Source: Chromera velia
Lineage: Eukaryota
DNA: 50,115 nucleotides
Assembly (NCBI GenBank): GCA_018398765.1
Contig: JAHBMJ010000319.1
Coordinates: 1 to 50,115, forward strand
Reading direction: 5' to 3'
The notes under the pieces were generated by a model. The model saw only the letters and a program-made list of their open reading frames with translations. It was not told the origin of the DNA and ran no database searches. The position numbers and the translations under genes were made by a program. Shown one piece after another: positions 38,423 to 49,877 of the stretch (the stretch's first letter is position 1; each line of letters starts with the position of its first letter).

Positions 38423-40688
38423 GTTTCGGGTCCTCCACTTAAACATACCAAGTTTGAAAAAACTCCAGATAAATCTATGTAAAGAGCCTGCCCAAAAGTG
38501 AGGGGGCACTCATGCATTGCAGCCTACAAGAAGCGTGCACTGCCTCAGTCACAGCTCAGGATTCCTCAATCTAACCTAGAGAGAGAAAAGAGTCGTCAGC
38601 CTCCTAGGTAGACGGTCTGGTGGGTGCCCTGCAGAAAGAAGAAAGCGACACACATGGACAGAGGGGCATGCAGGGAGACGGATGGGCAAATCTTTCAGTT
38701 CTTATCACTCCAATAAAAATTTGATAGAAAAGGCTGTTCTATGGACCCCCCCGACCTCAAAGATGTAATCAGCAACTTTGGAGACCCCCATTTGGTTACT
38801 TGAGCTGTGACCCAAGATCTGCCCCTGCCTTGACTTTGCACGATCTCTCCAGCCAGAAAAGAGACGGCAGACAAATGCATGCACGGGCGGCCCCGGAAGG
38901 CAGTGTGAAAGTGGGCAAAGTATGGGTGAATCTGGTATCTAAAGAAAAATTCATATGGGAGGTCATAGAAGGAGGCAGGAGGCAGGGACGGCATATGAGC
39001 AGGAAAGGGTCTCATGGTATACAGAAAACAAAAAACGCCATCTCTGGCCAGAAAAGCATGGCACAGCCACACAGAGCAGAATGAAAGATATAGAGGGGGG
39101 GGCACGTCTAGCGCTTTGCTGACCTGCCTTCTTCTCTCACCACAGAGAAGAGGAGAGATGCCGAGGGAGTGCACCTGCAGAGGGCATACATGCACTAATA
39201 TATACACTGAATGACAGGCCCCTGCCGCTAGTAAATTCAGCCAAGGAAGAGAAACAAACGAGCACACCGTATATTTCACCATACTTTGCCCACCAAGGTT
39301 TCGGGTCCTCCACCTAAACATACCAAGTTTGAAAAAACTTCAGATAAATCCATGTAAAGAGCCTGCCCAAAAGTGAGGGGGCACTCATGCATTGCAGCCT
39401 ATAAGAAGCGTGCACTGCCCCAGTCACAGCTCAAGATTCCTCAATCTAACCTAGAGAGAGAAAAGAGTCGTCAGCCTCCTGGGTGGACGGTCTGGTGGGT
39501 GCCCTGCAAAAAGAAGAAAGCGACACATATAGACAGAGGGGCATGCAGGGAGACGGATGGGCAAATCTTTTAGTTCTTATCACTCCAATAAAAATTTGAT
39601 AGAAAAGGCTGTTCTATGGACCCCCCCGACCTCAAAGATGTAATCAGCAACTTTGGAGACCCCCATTTGGTCACTTGAGCTGTGACCCAAGATCTCCCCC
39701 TGCCTCGACTTTGCACGATCTCTCCAGCCAGAAAAGAGACGGCAGACAAATGCATGCACGGGCGGCCCCGGAAGGCAGTGTGAAAGTGGGCAAAGTATGG
39801 GTAAATCTAGTATCTAAAGAAAAATTCATATGGGAAGTCATAGAAGGAGGCAGGAGGCAGGGACGGCATATGAGCAGGAAAGGGTCTCATGGTATACAGA
39901 AAACAAAAAACGCCATCTCTGGCCAGAAAAGCATGGCACAGCCACACAGAGCAGAATGAAAGATATAGAGGGGGGGGCACGTCTAGCGCTTTGCTGACCT
40001 GCCTTCTTCTCTCACCACAGAGAAGAGGAGAGATGCCGAGGGAGTGCACCTGCAGAGGGCATACATGCACTAATATATACACTGAATGACAGGCCCCTGC
40101 CGCTAGTAAATTCAGCCAAGGAAGAGAAACAAACGAGCACACCCTTTATTTCATCATACTTTGCCCACCAAGGTTTCGGGTCCTCCACCTAAACATACCA
40201 AGTTTGAAAAAACTTCAGATAAATCCATGTAAAGAGCCTGCCCAAAAGTGAGGGGGCACTCATGCATTGCAGCCTATAAGAAGCGTGCACTGCCCCAGTC
40301 ACAGCTCAAGATTCCTCAATCTAACCTAGAGAGAGAAAAGAGTCGTCAGCCTCCTGGGTGGACGGTCTGGTGGGTGCCCTGCAAAAAGAAGAAAGCGACA
40401 CATATAGACAGAGGGGCATGCAGGGAGACGGATGGGCAAATCTTTTAGTTCTTATCACTCCAATAAAAATTTGATAGAAAAGGCTGTTCTATGGACCCCC
40501 CCGACCTCAAAGATGTAATCAGCAACTTTGGAGACCCCCATTTGGTCACTTGAGCTGTGACCCAAGATCTCCCCCTGCCTCGACTTTGCACGATCTCTCC
40601 AGCCAGAAAAGAGACGGCAGACAAATGCATGCACGGGCGGCCCCGGAAGGCAGTGTAAAAGTGGGCAAAGTATGGGTGAATCTGGTAT
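38423..40688. repeat. 875-bp tandem repeat, ~2.6 copies (units start 38423, 39298, 40173)
   Basis: GTTTCGGGTCCTCCAC recurs at exact 875-bp spacing. Copies are near-identical, with about 22 substitutions by hand count. Confidence 0.97.
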
Positions 40689-40829
40689 ATATATGCCACG
40701 CGAGGGGAGCGTTGCATGAACAACACTTAGCAACAACAACACTTGCAAGCTTCCACTAAATGTTGCGACGGCTAAGTTGATGTTATATATATATAGGCTG
40801 ACCTTGATTCCGAAAATGACGCCACGATT

Positions 40830-42600
40830 GCATGAAAGACATGAAAGGTTCAGCGTTAGCATGTCATTTTGGTTGTCGGGAAGTCATACTATTGCAAAGG
40901 AGCAGAAATTTTGCAGGACTTTTGGACGTTCTCGCACGCGTCTTCGGCACAGCCCCGTCCGAGGCACGTCTCCTCTGCCACATTGAAAGACAAGGCCTCA
41001 ATGGCGGCCCACTCGAGTCTCTTCCCCCCGCACAACGGGGCCTTTCTGCTGTTCCTCTGGAACGTCTTCGCGGACGGCGGGCAGACTGCCTACCTGATGT
41101 CAGGCTGATGCAGAGAAGGAATTTGCAGAGACAGAAGTGCATGCAGCTCTTTGAAGAAGGGGGGGTGTAGGGATTCTTTCCAAAGCCCAACGTTCTCCGA
41201 CTTTTTCTGATTGTCTTTGTCGTCAATCTGTTGGTCTCTCTGTGTATTCTCTCTCTCAACATTGCAGTGCACAGGGAGATGGAAGAGAGTGGTGAGACAA
41301 TTTCAAAGGCAACACATGCATGAATATATATATATACGCGCATGGAGAGGAGATGGAGGAACATTCGGAAAGGATGTCTTCTCCGTCCCCCTTTTGTATT
41401 GGTCGAGGATGCTCTTTCTCTTGCGGTCACCTCTTTCAATCTCTCCCTTCAACAGAAAGAGGAGGGAAGGAACACCAACCCTTATTACTTCTACCATTTT
41501 CTCCTCATATGGCTTTCTGTCACTATGCAGCTGACCAATTGTTGTATTGTTGTCGATGGTTTGGGGACACAAAGTCGCCTAACACGTCGCTCGTCTGACA
41601 GTGGCGGGGTGTCGAAGAAGGAGCCGCAGGGTGAGACCCTTGACTCTTGAGTAGGAATGGGCATGACATAGCCATGAGAGTGAAGAGAAGAGGAAGGGGG
41701 CAGAGAAAGCAGCGCTGTTGATGCTGCAGTGGGACGTCGCTTTGAAGATTGAGGCCCTCTGTCAGGACGCTTCGTCTTCCCGGAGTTACTATGCGCAGTA
41801 ACAAAACCCTTGAAGAGGCCCCCATTACATCCCATTACCTTCTCCCTCACCGTTCGGTTGATTTCTCGGGAGGTTCGTGCTGGAATTGGCTGTTTACAGA
41901 TTTTTCTGTGGGATCTTCGTCCTCTTTGTGCAACTGGAGTGCTGAACGTGTTTCTCCCAAAGGATTCTAACCCAGGCTTCCATGCAGGATGTTGCATGGT
42001 CTAAGCCACCCTGCAGGGCAGACCGTTTTCTGCACCCTTTCGCCTCTTTTATTCTGGGAATGCGTCGGGAAGCGCAGAGCGAACCTCTGGCGACCTCTGG
42101 CGGCAATACTGGGGATTCCGAGTTATGGCAATGTCCTATTGAAGACGTGCCGTCTCTCCTCTTCAGATTGTCGCTGGTGGTGCTGGAGATTGTCATTTCT
42201 TTCTTTCCTTCCAGCTAGCTTGCTGTGGGATGCAGTCCTCAGGGGCTATCCCACAATCTGAATTCAGTCTCTACCGTTGTCTGTTCTTGCCTTCAGGCGA
42301 TAGAGCGCGAACGAAGAATGAGATGGGATGTGGTGGAGGCAGGTTTGGGTGGGTCTCTGTTGGTCGGAAGGCGAAAGAAAGAGCGGCAGAAAACATCACA
42401 TAGATCTAGAAAACAGGTGCCGCACAGGTACAGAAGGAAAAGGGCTAACGACAGTTCGAGACAGAGTGACCAGATTTCTGTTGATTCTGGGGGACCAAGG
42501 GAGGGACCTTTTTCCATCAATGCCCTCTCAACCAGCGATAGCCTGAAAGTAGTTGAGAATGTGGCGCGGAAAACAGATCCGATTCGATGCAGTTTGTAAC
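40830..42600 (+). pseudogene. Probable decayed gene of unknown function
   Basis: Coding-like GC-richer fragments in shifting frames (e.g. VRLISREVRAGIGCLQIFLWDLRPL, LLFRLSLVVLEIVISFFPS*) with no continuous ORF. Confidence 0.3.
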
Positions 42601-44267
42601 GAACGCCAACTTTGTGAAAATGCAGAGTTTCTCGACATTTTGCTGTTTCCCCCATGCTTTAAATTCCTGATTTACTGGTTTTCTTGTAGATCGACGGGCG
42701 TTTGGAAATGTGTATATGCATATTGGCATGCATGTGTATGTGAGTTGTCTGTACCCTCGCTTTTCTCGCGATGAAATTATGTAGCAGTTGATGTCAGCAC
42801 AAGCGGGAATGAGGGAGTGAGGGTATTAATATTCACCCAGGAGAGCGGCCAGGCTATTTGAACCGGGCTATCGTATGAAGCGAGACACGGCATCACTGAA
42901 GTCTTGCTTTGCCTTTTTTATGTCAATTCATTTTTTTCGTTTCAATGCAGTGAGTTTATTACCTAGAGATCGGCTTTCTTATACACTGGCACTTTGAATC
43001 TAATTTTGACTAGAATTTTGACCAGTTTTTTTTGCAGTTTTTAAATTTTAGTTAACAATTCAGATTCTCTGAATACTTTTAAAGAAAGGTGATTCTTGAA
43101 TTAAGTTTTTTCTTCCTTTGAATTTTATACTGCTTTAGAATTTATTATCAACTTTTAAATAAGTTAAATTGCATTTATGATTGTTCATTTCTAAAAATAG
43201 AAAATTGAAATGAAAATCTACTCGCAAACTTGAACAAACCAAGGTTGCATGCCATGCCCCATAGTTAGTCAGAGCTAGCCAGAGCCCAAATGCTAGCTCA
43301 AGTGCACCGGCTTTAACTGCCTCAAATTAAATGTACTATATCTATAGTACTAGGCCCATAACTAGAGAAATTATAGGTGCCAGTGCCTTTTCATATAAAG
43401 TATTAGTCTAGGTATTAGTACGAACACTAGCAGTCTAGCACCAACAATTTAAATAATACAGTGTTCAAAGGATATTATTATTAGATCATCATTAGATCAT
43501 GAAGTGCATGGGAATTCCGCATTTGTTTGTGTCTGAAATGTTCAACGTTGTTTAAGCTAAATATAGTTCCCGATAGATTAATAGTTGGATATAATTATGT
43601 GCGTATCAAAATTATGGACACTGCATGCATAAGAATCCACCAACAGAATGAAAAGACATGCAAAAGAAAAAAAAGCCACACAAAAGCGGTTGCAATGAAT
43701 GTAGATCATGCGGTGGAAAGGAAAAACAATGAAAGAATAAAAGACGGAAAGACAAACAGTATACACAGTACAGAGGACAGGCGGGAATCGATCCCCGCCG
43801 CGGGATGCATGCGGGCAGTCACTTCACTTATTAAAGGCAAGAAGCTACACAAAACTGTCGACAGGAGAAGTTGGGGGGCAAGCCTCGCCAACCGAGAGAC
43901 CTTCATGAGGACTCTCGTTGACTATGATGGAACGACACGTGGTGGTGGGAATTTTCAAGAAAATACAGTTTGAATCCAGTCTGAGAGTGTTCCTTCTGGG
44001 GTGTCACGCCCCTTCTATAGAATGCTTCCAGCTAGGCTTCCAGACTGAAGAGATAGAGTGAGCATACCTGTGAAAAGTTCTGGTAAAGAGGCATCAAGGG
44101 AAAAGAAAAGGTGTGTTGGTGGCGTGTCAAGCAGAGCAGCTGGGAGAGCATGTCAGTCTGATTTGAAAACTCACTGTATGGCAGTGTCTTTCTCTTGTTG
44201 GGCTGTCCATTCAATGTCCCTGTCTCTTGTAATAACACCGATCATTCACTACGGCACTCTGTCTAGC

Positions 44268-45005
44268 TCACTTCTTCCCCTCCTCCTCCTCAAAGTCCAA
44301 ATCCTCAGCTTCTTCTGGAGTGGCAAAGTGCATGAGCTCGTTGAAGAATTTTTTCGACATCTCATCTCCGCAGAGCCCTTTTGCTTCCAGAACCTGGCTC
44401 GCCTTCAGACACACAGTGACGCACACGATCCTTGCAAGCATCCCGGGGGACATCTGACGTGCCGGGATCTTCAGCTGTTTGGCCCACTCCTTTGCCTCCG
44501 TCACATCGCCAAAATCCTTCACATACTCAGATTCTTCGATACCGAACGGATCGTTCCGCCGATCGATATTGTCGTAGTTGCCCTCGCCCAGAAACGCGAG
44601 ATCAAAATACCCGTCGCAAATGCACTGATAGTTTGTATTGCAGAGATAAAAACGGAACTCCTCCCCGAAAAGAGACCACTCCACCTCGACTGTCTCCTCG
44701 TTGTGCTTGTATTCTTGCATGCTGATGTACTCCTTGGCACTTCTGATGTTCACTGCATTGACGATCTTGCGAAAGATCATCATTTGGTCCTTGGTGGAGG
44801 TGAATCTGTCCCTTAGCTCCGCACATATTGCTTCCACCATGGGATCCTCCCCCTCCTCTCGTGATCTCTTTTCAACTGCCTCAAGAATTTGACGCAGCTT
44901 TTTTGCGCTCTGGTCGAGCGAACCCTTCGGCAGGCCAGCTGCGAATGTGACGGGATCCTTACTGAGTAGACTGTCCTGCTCAGCGGATCGCCTTTTGGGT
45001 GCCAT
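44268..45005 (-). CDS. Intronless hypothetical protein, paralog B (245 aa, MAPKRRSAEQ..., acidic tail)
   Basis: Full ORF. Shares AKKLRQxLExVEKR, SAKEYIS, FDLAFLG, IDRxxDPFGIE and QLKIPARQMSPGMLARIVCVTVCLKAS with paralog A. Confidence 0.88.
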   Translation of the reverse strand: MAPKRRSAEQDSLLSKDPVTFAAGLPKGSLDQSAKKLRQILEAVEKRSREEGEDPMVEAICAELRDRFTSTKDQMMIFRKIVNAVNIRSAKEYISMQEYKHNEETVEVEWSLFGEEFRFYLCNTNYQCICDGYFDLAFLGEGNYDNIDRRNDPFGIEESEYVKDFGDVTEAKEWAKQLKIPARQMSPGMLARIVCVTVCLKASQVLEAKGLCGDEMSKKFFNELMHFATPEEAEDLDFEEEEGKK

Positions 45006-45229
45006 GGTCTTTCAGTTTCAACGGGTGCAGATGGCCAGCCGCGCAAGCTCGCTTCAGAGTCTTGATGTATATATGTAAACACAGGATCCAATTCAGCTGT
45101 ATATATATATATATATAGAAATTCAGCACAGACCGTTAGTTCGAAGTCGTGCTTGATGAGGTAGTGCGAAACGCAAGTGCTTTTTTGTCCTCTCTGCTTG
45201 CCTCCCGTGGATCTCTGACCGAAAGGTTC

Positions 45230-45540
45230 TGTAGTTCCCTGCATATATACCTGCGTGCGCTGAATCATCAGAATGCATGACAGCAACACATTCATGAAGT
45301 TGCGCTGATGCATGCAACACGCAACACTTTCGATCACGCGCGTGAACAACATGCGTGCACACACTTTGAGTGCATGTTTCATGTGAGCAACATGCACTTC
45401 CTGGTCCGACAAAGGACCAGAGAGACACTAAAGAACTTCATGAGCCGCGCGCGTTGCGGATCGATGCAACATGCATGCAGCACTGAGCCTGACCTTTTTT
45501 TGCAGCGCACTGCGAGTCTGCGGATCTGATCGATTCAGAC
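45230..45540. promoter_or_regulatory. Probable bidirectional promoter between paralog B (-) and the spliced ankyrin gene (+)
   Basis: Cluster of TGCATGCA, CACGCGCGTG, CGCGCGCG and GATCGAT palindromes. Confidence 0.45.
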
Positions 45541-46706
45541 GAAGGTGTCAGCTCTCTACACCAGACCAGCATCAAATACCAGCGCACCATTCCCGTCGTC
45601 CTGGCAGAATCTGCAAAACCGAAAGCCCCGCACGCAATTCGAAGTATATATTTACTTCGTACATATATAGACTGCCTGCCAGATGTCACTGCACGAAGTG
45701 CTGCACGCTGAGCAACGGGAACGATGTCTCTCGACGTATGGGGCTTTCCGACGGTCAGATTGCGGTTGCATGGGAAATGAACAACTTCATTTGACGCGTG
45801 TGTTTTCTTTCTGTCGGTTTCTCTGCCGCTAAAGTATAAATAGATTCAGCACAAAGAAGTGGAAAAAGTGGTTGCAGTTTGTGGGCACCACGGAGAGGTG
45901 GCTTCGGTGTCCTGTTGCCCTTCTCCGATTGGTCTTTGCAGAGCTGTACATCATTGCTGTGTCTGCGTCAGATGAAGTCGTGCTTGATTGTCCGCTCTAC
46001 CGGTACTGTTCCCCTCTCTGCAGGTTGCCAAGGAGGTGTCAGCTGAGGGTACAGAAGGCATGTGCGATAGAGGATGCCAGGAGGAAAGCGAAATGAGACA
46101 GGCCTCTCTGGGTGCAGTATGCGAGTTTCCAAAGGTAATTCAAGCTAGTGGGGAGTTCCAACGACTTACTCTTTCACTCACTGACTCACTGGACGTATGC
46201 TTACATTCTCTTTTCTGCTTGGACCTCGCTACCCATTTTCCCGCCTTTCTTTCTCTGTATGTTGGAGTTCTTTTCCCCGGCAGTCCAGATACCCGTCTCT
46301 TCAGTTCTTTTTCAAATGACACCTTTTGTCCATGTATTTTCGTCCGCCACTGCCCGTTTCTCTTTCCTTTCTTCCTGCAGGGCAAATCCTTCCTCAGTGC
46401 AATCCTCAGTCTTCCACCGGTGGGTCGGTCATGCAGTAGATCGGTTGCCAGCGCATCACCCCTCTATTTCGTGTCTGAGTCCGTCTCTTGAAAGACACCA
46501 ACTGCTTTTCGTGAAATGTAAACGAGCTCAGCAGCGACATCCACGATCCACCTCACGGTGCGGCCTTGCGTGGTACGAACTCTTGTTTTCTTCATTTCAG
46601 AAGGCATCTCTGCGAAGTCAAGTTTAACGAGTCTGGTGCTTTTCTCTTTCTTTGATTTTCTTTCTTCGTTCCCGAGAATGCTTTCCGCCTGCCTCTGTAC
46701 CTGCAG

Positions 46707-49700
46707 GGACCCATGAGCATCCTGAAGAGTTTTCAACCGGTCAGCGGGAGGGAGACTAGGGCCCTCACGCAATCCAGCAGTGAGCGTAGTGGAAGAAGAG
46801 AAGAAAGACCAATGGAAGGATCATACAAGAAGTGTAGGCGAAGACAGGAGAGCATGATAAGGAAATGCGAGACATGCAGAAGGAAAAGAGGCAAACGTTT
46901 AGTCTGAAGAACAGAAAAAGAGACAGACTGTGTGGTCTTCCTGATCTCTTCTTCCCTTCTCAGCAGAAGGATAGCCAGACATCTAGTCTCGGATGTGGAG
47001 GGTGCTTGTGGAGTTCACTTCATTGCTCTCCACTCCTGCTTTTGGTGGACTTTTTAGCAGAGATTCTCTTCGGGCATTGATCCAGCAAACGCGTAAGCAC
47101 ACTTCATGCAGCAAAGCGTAGAATGAATCATTTCCTGCAGTTTTCGGCAAAGGACTTATTGAAGGCGATGGAAAATGATACCCTTGGAGGAGGAGACGGG
47201 AAGAGTGGAGATGCTTGTCTCCTTCTGAGTCTGGGGGCAGATGTGAAAGGGGAAGTGGTCAGCTCTGTTCGCCACTTGAGCTTCTTTCAAGCGTTTCCGT
47301 TGGCATTTCCGTTTAGGCGTGATGAATGCCGTTCACTTTCTTTAGCAATGACTCCATTATTGGAGAGCTACTGCCGACTGTGTGTCCCAACTCGTGGATG
47401 TCTTTTATTTCTCGACAAGTTTCCTTTGCCTGCTAACGTTAGTGCTTTCGGCTCAGCCCGTTGCATTTCTTTGCGAACATGTGCAGTGTTATTTTTTACA
47501 TTTGCAGGAGAGAAACCGGACAGCGATTCATTGGGCTGCGCAGAGAAATCTGAGTGAGATTGTTTTCCTTATGATAGAGAATGGCGCTGACAAAGGAGGA
47601 AGGGATCGGGTCAGTCTCGGAAAGCAAGGGCTTGGTCAGAAAGGGAAGAGAAACGAAGATTTGTGAGTACAGATGGACACAGATGTACTGACACACACAT
47701 GTGGTGACACATATGTTTGCCAAAGGGAACGTGAACCGAAGTTTACGATGCAGCGTGACAGAAGTTGCTCTTTGAGGGGTCAGATTTACGTGGAGACGTC
47801 AAAGTCGACGGGGAGTCTTTTTCTGATGCGTATTCACCGGATTACTCATTCCACTTTCTGTCTGCGCACAGGCACACTGACTCTTCGCATCATTCCTGAC
47901 TGTTCTCTTTGCCTCATTCTTGATATTTGTATGCAGTGTGGCTGGACGCCGCTTCACGTGGCAGCAAACCGCAACCACATGGAGGTCGTCTCTCTTCTTC
48001 TCGAGAAGGGAGCCCACATTGATGCGATGGCGAATGTCAGTCTACTCACAGCAAGCTGAGATCAAATCAGACGCATGCTTGTCCGTAGATTTGAATCAAC
48101 TTGCTGTGTGAGTGGTCGTCTGCGTGTTTGATCAAGCGCTTCCTTCTTCAAGCACTTCCAGACCTGCCCTGCCTGTTGACTACCGAAGACAGATCTCCAC
48201 TCAGGTGTGTGGATTCGTGCGAAAACAAATTCGCTAATCCATGGACTGACCTGCTGAATCTGCTCCCAACCGGAATGAAAAGAATTCCTTCCCTCTCGAA
48301 AGGCATCCTCACCTCTGCTTGACTCTCCTTCGTTTTTTCCTTCCTCACGTCTTCCCTCAGGGAGACCTGACAGCCCTCCACTTGGCGGCAGAGAACAACC
48401 ACACAGACATGGTGGCCCTTCTTTTGGAGAGGGGGGCAGACAAGGAAGCAAAGAACCAGGTCAGTCACTTCATTCATTTGTACATGGGTGAGCAGTGAGG
48501 AATACCCAAAGACTCTGCCTGCCTATCAGACAGTCAGTCAGTCAGTCAGTCTGTCTGTCTGTCTGTTTGTATGTATGTATTTATGTATGCATGTGTGTCT
48601 CGCTGTCTAAATGTCTTTCTGTGTGTGAGTCTGTCCGCCCAAGTGTGTATGTCTACATATGCATCTGGAAATGGGTGTATGTGTGTGCGTGCTTGAGAAT
48701 GTATTCACGTATGTACGAATGTATGTGGCACACTCACGTAATTACTCAAATCGTTGCAGAGTGGCTGGACGCCCCTCCACGTTGCGGCCAGCAACAACCA
48801 CAAGGAAACCATCGGGCTTCTCTTACGAAAGGGGGCAGACTTGGAAGCGAAGGATCCTGTCAGTCGATCGAGTGGTGTGCAGCGTCTAACGCTACTGCCA
48901 GCTCTGTTTTCCTTTTTGGTATCTCCACATGAGTGCGTGGATGTACAAACACACGTCCAGAGCCTCGATGCAGAAAGTGTGATGCACGTATGATCGATCA
49001 CGTGTACACATGCATTTCTCCATTCATGCATGTTCCTTGGGAGGCAAATTTCGGGAGCTTGGACAGAGAAGTTCGGGTAGACATTCTCCAGTCCCGTGAT
49101 AAACGGATAGTGCCATAAAATTTAAATGAATTTCCGCGTGCAACATGAGTTTATAGCTTTAGATACCACCTGCACAACGTTTGTCTCCGAACGACTTTTT
49201 TGTTTTCTGCTATTGCTCCACCGTGTCGTTACTGCTAATGCGAAAAGGTGCTGCCCTGCAAGTGAAGTTGTTAGATTTTGTCCGTTACGGTCGGACTCAT
49301 TGCACGCATCCAACCAAAACCTTCGCCACGGAGTGTCATTGTGCTGTTCTTTCTGCCCGTGTTCCTTCCTTCCTTCCCCTCTCTCTGTGAGTGGGGGATG
49401 TGCTGTTGCAGTTTTTGTGGACACCGCTTCATGTCGCAGCGAGCAGGAACCGCACAGATGCCATCGCCCTGCTTCTGGAGACAGGGGCAGATATGGAAGC
49501 CACGAGTCTGGTCAGTCGCTCTTTTCCTTCACGGCACGCACTCTTCTGCAGCCACTATATAGATGCACACGTCTGCCACTAAATGCACAAGATTTAAAGA
49601 CCATGACGATGATGATGCTCATGCATGTCAGGTCAAGACTCATGCATGTTGTCGATAGGACATTCATTCGTTTGACATGGAAGACTTTGGATATTTGTAA

Positions 49701-49836
49701 CTTTCTCTCTCCTCGTGTTCCGTGCATCTGCATGCAGACGGGACACACGCCCCTCCACCAGGCCGCGCACGGAAGTAACAAAGAGGCCGTCGCCCTCCTT
49801 CTCGAAAGTGGCGCCGACAAGGAAGCAATGGATCCT
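46707..49836 (+). CDS. Multi-exon ankyrin-repeat protein, partial. Exons 46707-46739, 47141-47257, 47508-47609, 47937-48035, 48361-48459, 48760-48858, 49412-49510, 49738-49836; further short 5' exons likely from ~45724; 3' end beyond the window
   Basis: Exons translate to RTAIHWAA, GWTPLHVAA, LTALHLAA, GWTPLHVAA, WTPLHVAA and GHTPLHQAA repeats. All are bounded by CAG acceptors and GTCAG donors in phase 0. Confidence 0.92.
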
Positions 49837-49845
49837 GTCAGTGAG

Positions 49846-49846
<1 letters not shown>

Positions 49847-49877
<31 letters not shown>

